Source: Lama glama | Taxonomy: Eukaryota | DNA: 64,000 bases | Direction: 5' to 3' | Assembly: GCA_028534125.1 (NCBI GenBank) | Contig: CM052817.1 | Span: 20,462,001-20,526,000 of the forward strand | Shown: positions 37,586 through 50,022 of the stretch, in pieces | How positions within the stretch are numbered: position 1 is the first letter of the stretch | Layout: each line of letters begins with the position of its first letter | Program-made: the position numbers and the translations under genes | Notes under the pieces: model-generated | Seen by the model: the letters and a program-made list of their open reading frames with translations, nothing else | What the model was told of the DNA's origin: nothing | Databases searched by the model: none

Positions 37586-39803
37586 TAAGACCAGATGTAT
37601 TGAGCGCTTTAGAATAGCTGTGAAGATTCACAGGAGGAAATGAACATATGAAATGGTAAACTATGTAACTAACAATCTGGATTATATATGTATTTTTGTG
37701 GGAAGAAAAAACAATTTAAAATCAAGCCGTGTGGCAGAAGTATCATTTGATTAAAAACCCCCTGTTATTTTATAAGGAATGACCAAAGCTACCCAGGAGA
37801 TTGCACGTGTTGGTGCATTTTTTCACAGCAACTTTGCTGTGGTTTATGAAAATGTAAATTTCTCTCCTGAAAGTTTTATTGTGAAGAGTAATAGTTTTGA
37901 AAACATGATCAGTAGATCAAGGAGTAAAATAATATTATGATAAAACCTGTAGCTTGGATGTTATGATAATGGAAGAAAAATGTCTGGCTCAAGCTGGTTT
38001 AGATCATTTCAAGATGGCATTACAATATCCGCAGATTTCAAACACCAGAGGTAAAATTCCCTGAAGAATACACCCATTTACATTACCGTGACCTTGATGC
38101 TTGTCAAAATCATTCACTGTTTAACTTCACTAGCTGAGTTGATGCCTTAGAGTTCATTATAGCTGACTCACTTTAAGCCAAACTGGCTAGCACAGTAAGG
38201 CATTCTGGGCCCCTTGTTGACACAAAAATGAAATATTTAACAATAAGAAGCTAGCGTTTGGTTGTCAGCAATTTCAAAAATAGAGTAGCAAGTGACAGAC
38301 ACACCAAGTTTAGAGTGGTTTGGAGTATAAGAACAACATTTTTTTCCTTTAAATGGTGAATCAGCAGTTGTATGGTAAGTCATATAACAAGGATTTCAGG
38401 AACAAATATGCCCCAGGGCACTGGATTTGATCTGGGCAGAAATTATTAACATTACTCAGGGCGAAAGGCTTTGTTCCTGCTGGCCACCTGCAGTGTTTAG
38501 TAATGCCCTTTTACCGTTCTATCAAGGGCCCTGCCTCGACCGACTGTCTGACTTGACATTGGACACTACTGAGAGGAGACAAGCATGCAGAGAGTGAGTG
38601 ATTAATGTAAGCCCTTCTGTAGCTAGCCAGAGGCTTAAGGAATTCTTTTCTACAGCATTCCAGAGATAATTGCCCACCATTTTATCTAGGAAAGCATGAA
38701 GTCATTAAAAAAATATGGCAAACTGTGACATGAAGGAGGGTAGTGTTATACAAGGAAGGAAATAAAAAAACAAAATGGAAAATGGAGGCTGAAAAAGAAT
38801 ATATGTGAGTCTGTAGAGTCTTTGGGGAGTGGGGTTCATTTAACCAACGTAGATCAGTTTTTCAGATTGATAAACTCGAAGGTTTTATGTAATTTTCCCC
38901 TTAGCATCTGACAAACTTGCATGAATTCCCTGAAGATTACTGTTTTATAAGTTGACTAATATACTTGCCAGCTGAAAACTTTTCTTCACATTTTATAAAT
39001 TAAATCTCACTCGATTGTTAAATGTCTCTATTAATGAAACTAAACACAGTGCATACTTTAAAAATAATCGATTAGAAATATGTATAACATTATTGTGCTT
39101 GAATCCTTTACTGCCTTATATGCAATCAATTCCATTCCAATTTGGCATCCACAATCCACAAGAGCATCTTAGGTTCCAAAATATTGTAGCCAAATATCCT
39201 CTTCATCACGCTGGGGCTGGGGGCTCAGGGAGATAATCGACTTCAGTTGTGTTCAGAATGCCTGGGCGCTCCATATGGCTTCTTTTCCATTGGCAAGTTA
39301 GTCCTTAAAATCTTAGAGGATTCCACTACATATGCATAAGTATTATAAATTAATGTTCTAATATGCTTTGAGCCCCTTGCTGAATGAATGGCAGGCAGAA
39401 TGAAAAGAAAAAGAAAAACGTATTTAAAAAAACCCAAAACAGGAAACAAAAACAAAACCATAGGCATGTGGTTCTCCCCAGGCACCGGAATTAGAAGTTT
39501 GGAGAGACTCAAAGACTTGATCCTTTCTTTTCTGGAATTAACTCTTGGGAGATAAACGGAAATTAGGCAGTGTTTTGATACCTTAGCTTTGAGAAGTGGC
39601 TGTAATCATTCCAGTCAAACTTCTTACATCATCGTAACTTATCGCTGCTTTTTAAACATATTTTAAAGAGTTTTTTCTTTGCAGTTTTAAAAGAAAGACA
39701 GAAAAATGCATTTAGCCACATGGACGTGATTTATCAGAAGGCTCATTTATTTAAAAACAATTTTTAAAAAGCCCTCATTTTAATGAATGAGCCCAGGAAC
39801 CGT

Positions 39804-39872
39804 GTCTCTCCTCTCTCTTCCTTTCCTTCCTTTCTGCCTTCCTGCCTTCCTGCCTCCCTTCTTTTTTCCTTT
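39804..39872. repeat. Pyrimidine-rich low-complexity tract ((CCTT)/(CTGCCTTC)-like)
   Basis: Read directly. Confidence 0.8.
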
Positions 39873-40439
39873 TAAGGAAACTTCAGATTCCTTCTCTCTG
39901 TCTGCTCCCTAGAACCATAGAGCACTGTAGATCTTATTTTCTGTTGCAGAACAGTAATTTACAGAAAAAATAATTCCACCAAGGACCACCCAGTAAACAC
40001 AGTCTAGCAGCCAGGATTTCATTCTCAAACCAGGGACCACTCTTTCTTACAAATCAATTCACCATTCATACATTAGAAATCTAAGAGTATTTTACTGACT
40101 GTAGGAACAAAGCATCACTTCCTTCTTTCCTTTCTTTTGGGTATTTGTTTTCAAGTAATACACTAATAGACAGAGACTGAACAAAATCAAGTAACAATGA
40201 AACACTAATGCTAAAAGGCCACCCTGAATTCACAATAATGTATCATCAATTAATAACTTTTATATACATACTACGTATGTACGTAGTAATTGCTATGGAT
40301 TAGAGAGTATATATAATTGCTATCATAGATATCACCAATTAAGTACTAAATATTTTAATCATTATTATTATTCATTAGCAGAGATCAGGTTGCATAAAGG
40401 AAAAAGGAGGGAATTTTTGGTTAAGTTGACTTAAGTTTA

Positions 40440-40600
40440 AGTTCTCACCCTTCTTGGGCCTCATTTCTTCATCCATAAAGTGAGGTTAACTATCCATAGT
40501 TTATATGGCTATTGTATGGATCAAAAATCACAGAGTACCTAACATAGTGTCTGACTCATCGAAATGCTTAATAAATGGCATCTAATATTATTATTTCATA
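40440..40600 (+). mobile_element. MIR SINE 3' half
   Basis: gggcctcatttcttcatccataaagtgagg...cctaacatagtgtctgactcat...atgcttaataaatgg. Confidence 0.7.
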
Positions 40601-41161
40601 TTATGCAAGTTGAGTAATAATTACTGGTCTCCTTGGACCATCCTTGGTGGGGAGGAGGTCAGAGAAATTTTTATTTTCTGCCACAGCAATGAAGGAAATG
40701 TAACACTTTCTCAAGGTCACCCAGCAAGTCACTCTCTGTCATTAGAACTTAAGGGTTTTCGGCTTCGCTGTCTGATTTTCAGTCCATTAGGCCACAAAGT
40801 CATCAAAACAAACCAGAAAAGAACACCATCAAAAAGCAAAAGTAATAAAATCAAAGGATCCTGGAGCAGTATTGTACTAAAAGCCATCTGCTATCTTAGT
40901 CCACATTCTCAAGCCTCTTGAAATGTTATTTGTAAAGCCTTTAAAAGGCTTGACTGGAAGCCTTCATGTCTTTTTAAAGATACAGTATATCTATTGCTGA
41001 CTCACGCAGTCTGAATTAAGAATTGTAATATAGATTTTTGAATATACATCAGAGAAATGCCAATACTTCTTACATTGCCAAAGCCCTTAGGCTTTTGCCG
41101 TTGAGAAAGTAGCTTTATGATTAGCTAAGCAGGCGGTTGTTGTTACAGCAGTAATGGTGAG

Positions 41162-41163
<2 letters not shown>

Positions 41164-41195
<32 letters not shown>
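41164..41195. repeat. (GT)16 microsatellite
   Basis: Read directly. Confidence 0.97.
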
Positions 41196-41198
<3 letters not shown>

Positions 41199-43509
41199 AA
41201 GTGTGTTTGGAGGAGCAGAGCTAGTTGAACAAAAGTGTTTGCAACATTTAAATGATAATAAATAATGGCACGCATATTGTTTAAGTTCTTTTTTTAAACC
41301 CAGTGTTCTTACCAGCCTGCGAGAATTTCTGTGCCATAATCAGGTGAAAAGAAAAAAAGAAAAGACACATAATGCTGTCTTAGCATTTCTGCTTGACTTT
41401 GGTACCTCTTTTCTCTGCCTTGCTCTGTCAGGTGCCCTTCTTCTTCCCACTTCTTTCCTCATTTGGGCTTGGCAGGCACACTTTCGCTCGCTGCCAGTGT
41501 GGTGACCTTAAACTCGCTTACTTAAGTGGCTGATCTCATCTCTTCCTTCATGTGGTTTGTGGGATGTTTTTCCCCTCTTTGGTTTATTACTTCCTTCTAC
41601 CACCTTGTAGTTTTGCCATTCTCATCGTACTTCCGTTATTGTATGATCTTTAACAAATACAACAATAAATATTTAAAACATAAAGCCATTTTAATGCCAG
41701 TTGTGGAGGCAGATATTTCTTTATGTGAACAATAATGAAGAGGGAAAATGGATTTCTCCAAGCATTATAAAGCCCCAACGAAATAGAGGGCAAATTCTCA
41801 AGTTACAGGATTCTACTTGTCCTATTTCTGAGGAGAAGAGCAAAAGAAAAAAATTTTTTTGCAGATATTTTAAGAGATGGCAAAACAGGGAATCAAACCA
41901 AAGTCATCACAAAAGGCTCCCAGTGTGGACCCAGCCATCTGCATATAGTTCACAGAACTCTTCTGTTTATTTATGAGTCGTGGAATGTGTAAAGCCAACT
42001 TCTAGCTGTAAAAGGACATACAGTTGCTCTCATATAATTTCTTTGGCCTTTTTTTTTTCCTGCAAAATCAAGAATTTGCTTTTTCATATGCAGGGAAATA
42101 CTGCCATGCATAAGGACTCAGTTTTGGGAAATTCAAATTCCTTTGCTAAAGCATTTAAAATGACAACTAAAAAATATACTGAAAACATAAGGGCATAGGA
42201 TTTAAATAAATGCAACTGATCTTGACATGTGTACATTCAAGTAATATACCTGCTAAGAATACTTTAGAATGGCTCTAATGGACTCCAAAAAAGAAAGAAT
42301 TAAATTGAAGACAGAAACATTAAGTTTCCGGTATACCTTGGCTCTTTTCAAGATAAAAATCTTCAATTAAAACAGGCACAAAAAAAGACAATGAAAAAAG
42401 CCATATATTTTACCTTATAACTTCATGATTTTCTTCATAGTAAGATTTTTCCAGAGGTTTTTATAGGGAAAACATGATTCCTCAAATTTCATCATGATAT
42501 AATGAGTTCAAGGAGCTAAATTGTTTATACATTAAAAAAATTAAATGTCTCTGCCATTCTGGTTCTGCAGCTCTGGGCTTTATCTTTCTAGTTAAAAAGA
42601 ACATTATGTTTTGCAGGCCAGCAACTTCCTTGATATGATGTTTTAGTTTAATCTATCCAAAACATTACCCTCCAGACATTCTAAGAAAGTTGCTTTTCTG
42701 ACATGATGTGATTTTACGATCTTGTTGAAACATTTTCAGCCTTAAGCAGGGAACACAAACAGATGAAAATAGGTGATAGCTTGAGTGTTTGACCTCTACA
42801 TGTGGGCTTGAAGTTACCCACCCCCGACCTCGAATATGTGAAAATGTGGAAGGACACATATACCCAGAAATATAAAAATATAGACAAACGCCACACTAGG
42901 CCAGGTCAGAATTATCTAACTCCAAATTGTCTTTGTCTCCTTATCATTTCCGGGGGGTCTTGGCTAACGTCTGGGGATAGAGAGTGTGCGTACGAAGGAG
43001 AGGTTACTACCTGCAAAAAAGGAAAGAAAAAAAAAAAAGATGAAGCAAGTTTAATATTCTCTAGAGTTCTCTACTGCCAAACAGAAAGTCTTCCTATCTA
43101 TGTATTTAAGATCCTTACCGACAAGGAAGATGTCGGCAGGAAATACATTTTCCTTAAGAATGCAAAGTCAGAGATCAGGGTTTCATAAGCTTGGAGTGAC
43201 AGAGGCCATTGGTCACATGATTGTCTCCGAGGATAAGGAGAGAGCTCAATGTGGAAAACAAACTTGACAATAATAAAAACTGAGCTTTGGTTTTTTGCCT
43301 CTGCTTTTAATAATAATGTCAGCTACCTATATAATATGTTAGGAAGAGCTATAAACCCATTGGAAGAGTTCCTTTATCACTTGTGATACTGTATATGGCG
43401 CTCTATGTACTAGGATAGGAACCCAGAAATAACCTGCCCTTGAGGAGTGCAGAAATTTATTGAACACATAAAAACACCTAATTAAAGCATATAAAAATAC
43501 ATACCAATA

Positions 43510-43905
43510 GATGCCCAGTTGTCATTTCCTCTGGGGATCATATCCCTTTTTATTCACTCTGATATCATTTTCCTCTCTTTAAAACAAAAAATGTAATTAA
43601 TTAATTATTTTAATGGAGGTACTGGGGATTCACCCAGGACCTCACGCACGCTAAGCACGCACCCTACCACTGGGCTATTTCCCTCCCGCCATGTTCCTCT
43701 CTTTTGAAACACTTTTCACATTTGCAATTGAGAGTTTCTTTGTGGGATTTGATTAATATCTGTATTCTATACCAGATTTTAAGATCTTGTAATGGAGGAA
43801 ACCATGAATATTTAAATTCAACTTTGTGTCAGGAGCACACCTAGGCATCTCAATGAATACCTTCTTGAGTAGGTGGATGTATGGATAAATGAATGAACAA
43901 ATGAA
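43510..43905 (+). mobile_element. L2 3' end interrupted by a SINE
   Basis: ttgattaatatctgtattctataccagattttaagatc...taggcatctcaatgaatac...aatgaatgaacaaatga. Confidence 0.55.
43581..43689 (-). mobile_element. tRNA-derived SINE (vic-1-like)
   Basis: atggaggtactggggattcacccaggacctcacgcacgctaagcacgcaccctaccactgggcta; TSD cattttcctctcttt (43566-43580) / catgttcctctcttt (43690-43704). Confidence 0.9.
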
Positions 43906-44149
43906 AGTTATATACAATGTGATGTGGTACACTTGGTATTATGTATTATGAGGTTGGAGGTGAAGGTGGGTTTTAAAGATCTGAAATACCATAGATACTA
44001 GATCATGTTCTGTAGGAGGCAATTAAAGCATTTGAGCAGGTCTGTGACATGATAAGTCTGATGATTCGGCAGACCACTGTGAAGGTTCTATGGAGGAAAA
44101 ATCAAGAGAGAGATGGCAGCAAGGAACACACTGGATAGTGTAGCTGTGG

Positions 44150-44358
44150 TCATCACCACAGTACTCTGTATTATTGTTTGCATAGTATGCACTACTCCCT
44201 GAAATTTGCTTATTTATACGTTTATTATGTATCAAACCCTACTTATCCTTCCACGGGAGAAGAGACAGAGTCTGTCTCATTCAATGCTGTAGCCGCAGCA
44301 ATTTCAACTACTTGCATAAGGTACAGCCTTAATATTTATTGAATAAATAAATGAATAG
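44150..44358 (+). mobile_element. L2 3' end
   Basis: ttccacgggagaagagacagagtctgtctcattcaatgctgtagcc...aatatttattgaataaataaatgaat. Confidence 0.6.
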
Positions 44359-46548
44359 TTTTTTTTTTAAGAACTTGAGCATAGTTAGGGAAGCAGTTTA
44401 TAAATGTCAGCTGGGCTGTCTATTGTATCTTATTTCTACCTGTCCTTTTCCTGGACATGCACCTTTTAATCTACCTTCCATCTTGGAGGCATCGGAGACT
44501 TTAAATAAAACAGAAATAATTCTTCCAGTTGAGAATGTAGCAAGTATTTTCAAAGACTGTCACATTTTCTGATTTGTCTTCACCTTTTTCAGCCTGTGGT
44601 CTGTGAGACATGAGGCGAACAAACAAATAAACAAAAACCTACTCAAGCTAAATTTAACACATAATCTAAATAACAAGCTCTCTCCTGCAGCCCTTTAGGT
44701 TTTATCCTTCAGGGATTTGTGGTACATTTGGGCTGGGATTGCAATTTACCTTTCATCAAAGTTAGAATAGCCTGTTCTTATCAGCACAAGAATCTGTTCA
44801 AATAAGTTTACAACTGCACTTTCTCCTAGTAACAAAAAATCTTTTTCTCTGCCCAGGCATTTAAAATTCTTCCAAAACCTCAGTAATTCACTGTGATGAT
44901 TTTCTTGCAAGTCTCTGTTGTAAAAGAAGTCATAGTATCCAGAAGCAGATAAATGACCTTGACAACCGAAGTCTATTTTCTGTTAAAAGTCACTGCACTG
45001 TATGGTTCTCTTGTCTTTGAAGTCCAGAAATTTTCTTAGCTGAAAAGTTGGGAAAATCAGTTTATTTACATACGTGGTTTATTTTGAGTCTACATTGTGG
45101 ATGGTTCCCAAGCACTAGGTTCTTATATGTAGCATGTGGACATGTGTATTAGCTCTCACTAGATAAATATACATCAGTTAAACATGAACAGTGTGATCTG
45201 AAAAATTAGCAATTTCTGTATAGCAATCCTGAGTCTTGCAGTTATCAAAAAAGCAAAAACAAAAGGAAAAACAGCCCACCATTGGTAAATTACCACTATG
45301 GGGGTAAACAAAAGTATGATAAACAATTTGATTTTTTTTCTTAAATACTTAGCTATAATTATCAGAATAATAAGCTTTTCAAATAAATAGTTACATTCTA
45401 ATCAATCATCTATGAACTCTGTGGGTCCCAGATATATAAGTATTGACTTTCATAGACTTTCACTTCATACTTTTTATTTCATACTTGGCCTTTTCTAGCT
45501 TTTTAAGAGCCTTCTATAGTTGTTTCTAAAATAGGTGTAGAGTCAAGGTATTTGGAAAGAAGTTATAGAAACTTAAACCTGTAAATTTCCTTCCCCAAAT
45601 CAAGTATTCACAAAAATCATATTATCTGCATTTGTGTGTGTATTTATATATTATTATGTAATATATATACTATATAATATATATAGTACAAATTCCTTCT
45701 TTGTTTCAAAAATAATTTGAGCGTATGTCAGTTTCCCTATTAATGAAATAAGCAAACTTGTTCCAGGGTAGTGGTGGGCAATGTTGAAAAAGGGCAAATT
45801 AATACTTCTAATAATTAAGATTCAGTTTTTCTAATTGTGCTCCATATGATCAATGTTAGGTAGGACTAGCCAAGACACATCTTTTCCACATTTGAGTGGG
45901 CTGGAGGGAAGAAGCACAGCAAGTATCCTTTGAAAAATACCCCAAAACCCTGTGTGATTCTGGCTACTAAAAGTGCATCTTAGAACGTGTAGCCCCTCCC
46001 CCAACCTTCTTTTCACCTACCATGGGCACCAAGACCACTAATCTTCAGGGGAGTTTTGTAGATAGTCATTATCAGGGAAGTCCTTCTAAAGGGCTTAAAT
46101 ACTTAAGTGATTTCCCTTGGAGCAGTAATGGTGAATTATGCAGTGCTCTAATTGTGCTATTAGTTTATCTAAGCTAAAATGCAATCTACTTAATTTGAGG
46201 GTTTTATTACACATTGGTCTCAAAAGGTGAAACACATTAAAAGCATATCGGTTCTTTTAACAGGAGATTAAGCCTATCAGATGCTGTATTGGATGGAAAG
46301 ATCATCTGTCACGTTTACTTTAAATATTTGTACGAGATGTTTCTTTTGATGCAGAAATGTAACTTTGAAAATTTGTGGGATACTTGTTTAACGTTTATTA
46401 ACTTGTCATCATTTGTGGAGCCCGAGTTACAGTTCTTTTAGTAAAACCTACGCCAACCTCATGATACATCTAATCAATATATGAATTTATTATGAAACTA
46501 TACCACTCACTTTGTGGTATGTTTAAAACTTTAAAACACAGGAAATGA

Positions 46549-46893
46549 TTATGAATAGGCAGAGCAGACAGGACTTTTAGGGCAATGAAACTATTCTGTG
46601 TGATACTGTGATGGTAGATACACACCATTATAACTTTGTCCAAACTCATAGAATGTACAACGCCAAGGGTGAACCCTAAGGTAAACTGTGGACTCTAGGT
46701 AATAACAATGTGTTAATTGATTTTAACAAATGTACCACTCTGGTGGAGGATGGTAATAGAGGAGAAGGTGTATGTGTGTGTGTGTATGTGGAGGGCAGGA
46801 AGAGTATGGAAAATCTCTGTGCTTTCTGCTCAGTTTTTCAGTGAGCCCAACACTACTCTAAAAAATAAAATCTATTTTTTAAGAAAGAAAGAA
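46549..46893 (+). mobile_element. Old L1 3'UTR (L1MC1/2-like)
   Basis: ttttagggcaatgaaactattctgtgtgatactgtgatggtagatac...gtgaaccctaaggtaaactgtggactc...aaatgtaccactctgg...ctctaaaaaataaa. Confidence 0.85.
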
Positions 46894-47128
46894 AAGAACC
46901 CAGTTCTGCATAAAGTTAACATGGACCAGGATGATTCTTATTTGATTATTGTGAAACTGGAAATTGATTCTACACTATGAAAAGTGCTTTAGAAATGCTC
47001 TATTTTTAAATTGAGTTTTCATCTTGGAATTATCTTAAAGATGGTAGCTTAATCAGCAGATACAATGTTTATCAACTCACTAAATTTTTCCTTAATAGTG
47101 GTGGCTAAATGTCTGAATATATCTAAGG

Positions 47129-47339
47129 CAGTGTTTCTCAACCGTGGCACTGACATTGTGGACCAGATAATTCTTTTCTTTGCACCTGGCTGTCCTGTGA
47201 GTTGCAGGATATTTAGTAGCATCCTAGGTATTCATCCATTAGACGACAATAGTGCCACCTAAGTTGTGAAGAGCGAAAATACCTCCAGAATTTGCCAGAT
47301 GTCCCCTGAGGGGAAATTACCTTCCATTGAGAGCTATTG
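47129..47339. mobile_element. MER20 hAT-Charlie element
   Basis: cagtgtttctcaacc...gaccagataattctt...tgcaggatatttagtagcatcc...gccagatgtcccctgagggg...ttgagagctattg; 8-bp TSD atctaagg / ttttaagg. Confidence 0.85.
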
Positions 47340-47400
47340 TTTTAAGGTAAATGTGCACGACTATATTTTATTATTTAAAATATGTGGCACATGGGCACAC

Positions 47401-47422
47401 GTGTGTGTGTGTGTGTGTGTGT
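47401..47422. repeat. (GT)11 microsatellite
   Basis: Read directly. Confidence 0.95.
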
Positions 47423-48019
47423 TTAATTTCCCAGTTCTGTGTAGAAATCAGGTTTTTAAAAGGCAAGAGTGCAGAGGTAAAAACAAAAATTCTGTAATTC
47501 TGTTTATAATTTACAAGGCTACTATCAGACTTTATGTTTTTGCCTCTTTTCTTCATGTGGTGGATTGACAAATGATGGATGCAGATTTGTATGTACCCTC
47601 TTGCTCAAAGAACGTGCAGGAGTGAGAACCTGCAATCAGTAGACTGAGCATTCAGCGTTAGGGGCTGCTTCAGACTAGCTGTGCTGCAGGCCTCCTATGG
47701 GCTTCACACCAGAAGGCTTTAACATAAACATTTGGCTGAAACGTCTTTGTAGGACACATCCAGCTGTCCTGCGAAGGAACTGTTGCCCACACCCACACGC
47801 ATTAATGTATGACTTGCCAAAATGTTTGTTTGCCTTCACATAGACAAAGGCACAATGCAAATGTGAACAGTATACTGTTGTATTAGCACTTCCTTAGCCA
47901 ACCAAGTGAACTTGGACTTTGTCCATATGTAAGATGATGTTGTGGCCCTTTTTCCCAAAGTATAATGGAAATTATTAGCTGAAATTTTAGGTTGAAATAA
48001 CGTAGAAGTTACTATTTCA

Positions 48020-48160
48020 AATCATAATATAATAAATTGATATATAATTTTATTATAGATTATATTCACTGTATTTATTATATCTGTCATATGTTATTAT
48101 ATTTCATATAATAAATATAATAAATTATAATACTTATATAGTAAATTATAATAATAAGTT
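48020..48160. repeat. AT-rich low-complexity tract
   Basis: Degenerate (TA)/(TAA) repeats. Confidence 0.75.
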
Positions 48161-49522
48161 AGAAATTATTAGATGGAAATCACTATTGTTGAGAATGATG
48201 ATTCTAAGTTAATCTTATAGTGGATTTTAATAATACAAAGGAGTTTTACAAATAAACTACAGCAAGATTTTTATTTCGTTTTTGAGAATTACATCATATA
48301 TTTTGCAAAGAGTTTTTCCTTTTCTATCGTATCTTCTTACTCTTTCCTCTCTCCCACTTTCCTTTATTACTTTGTTCGTATTTTCTACTACTGTTGCATC
48401 TCTAAATCGAGCAATCTATCAATGTGAACTTGAGATTAAGAGGTGACACCAATAAAGGCAGTGCATTACTTTAAAACAATTTTCAAGAGAAAAATGCACA
48501 CCTCTTCCCATGTTGCTATTACTATGTATTTAATGAATTCGCTTGCCACACTCCTGCTCTGTCTTTAATGAGCAATATTATCTTCCCTCCCAATAAACGT
48601 ACATACGGTCAATTGTATAAAATTGGATTATATACATACACTATAAACACAAACTTATGCAACTGTGCAACCATATTACCTTCTCTACATCAACTGCCTT
48701 CTAAAACAGTTTTAGTGCGTGTAGCAGCAGCAATCTGAAATTTTTACTTGATCGTAAACTTTGCAGGTAGCAACTCTAAATACGTTTTAAAATTTGAAGT
48801 GTTCTATATAAACAACTATTTCATCCAATTGGAAAACAAATAAGGTAGAGATAATGTATCATCAGTAATTCTCTGCACAATTATGTTTTAACGTGTATCT
48901 ATCACCATGCTGGCATACTAAATGATTTTGGGGGCATTTTTAAAGATTTCTATAGCAAAGTGCATTCCTTCCTTTTTCATTTAGTTTTTCTTCTTTTCAG
49001 ATGAGGACAGATGCAATGAGGGCTGTGTGCCTAAATGAATACTTCTACTCTTGACTAAATTAGTCTGGCATAAACACAGCACTGCTAGCTTTCAGTACAA
49101 TTGAAAGTAAGAGCTGTGTTTCAGAGATCTTTCTTTTCAGAGTTCTGCTAAATCATGCTTGAAGTTCAGTGTGTATTCCAACAGTAGCATTTAAGACAGC
49201 GTAGTTAAGAATCTCTTAACATTTCCATTTACAACGTCTCTCTCCTTCTAACATTTTCTTTATTGATCTTAGGGAGTTTCATAGTAACAGCTTATCAGCA
49301 GTTACAGCCAGTGACCTAAACATGCAATTAAAACTGTCCTATCTTAGCTAGCTGATAAACTGGCCCTCACTCTGGGGCTTTGGAAATACTATTTTCTTTC
49401 TTCAAGCCTTCTTCTTATTACTAATTATAAAATGGAAAAGTACACTGCTGAGGGTGAGCCCTTTGGAGAAATCACATTAGGTTCTTTATAGATTCAAAAA
49501 TGAAGCTGTTTAAACATTGTTT

Positions 49523-50022
49523 NNNNNNNNNNNNNNNNNNNNNNNNNNNNNNNNNNNNNNNNNNNNNNNNNNNNNNNNNNNNNNNNNNNNNNNNNNNNNN
49601 NNNNNNNNNNNNNNNNNNNNNNNNNNNNNNNNNNNNNNNNNNNNNNNNNNNNNNNNNNNNNNNNNNNNNNNNNNNNNNNNNNNNNNNNNNNNNNNNNNNN
49701 NNNNNNNNNNNNNNNNNNNNNNNNNNNNNNNNNNNNNNNNNNNNNNNNNNNNNNNNNNNNNNNNNNNNNNNNNNNNNNNNNNNNNNNNNNNNNNNNNNNN
49801 NNNNNNNNNNNNNNNNNNNNNNNNNNNNNNNNNNNNNNNNNNNNNNNNNNNNNNNNNNNNNNNNNNNNNNNNNNNNNNNNNNNNNNNNNNNNNNNNNNNN
49901 NNNNNNNNNNNNNNNNNNNNNNNNNNNNNNNNNNNNNNNNNNNNNNNNNNNNNNNNNNNNNNNNNNNNNNNNNNNNNNNNNNNNNNNNNNNNNNNNNNNN
50001 NNNNNNNNNNNNNNNNNNNNNN
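49523..50022. other. Assembly gap of exactly 500 N
   Basis: Read directly. Confidence 1.

Noticed and set aside
38478..38497. CTCF-like tggccacctgcagtgtt
   Set aside because: Only the left half fits; the G-rich right half of the core motif is missing.
43112..43141. Hairpin ccgaca...tgtcgg
   Set aside because: Stem far too short for a pre-miRNA and expected by chance.
42802..43188. 128-aa plus-strand ORF
   Set aside because: Non-ATG start, spans a polyA run, no recognisable domain or splice context.
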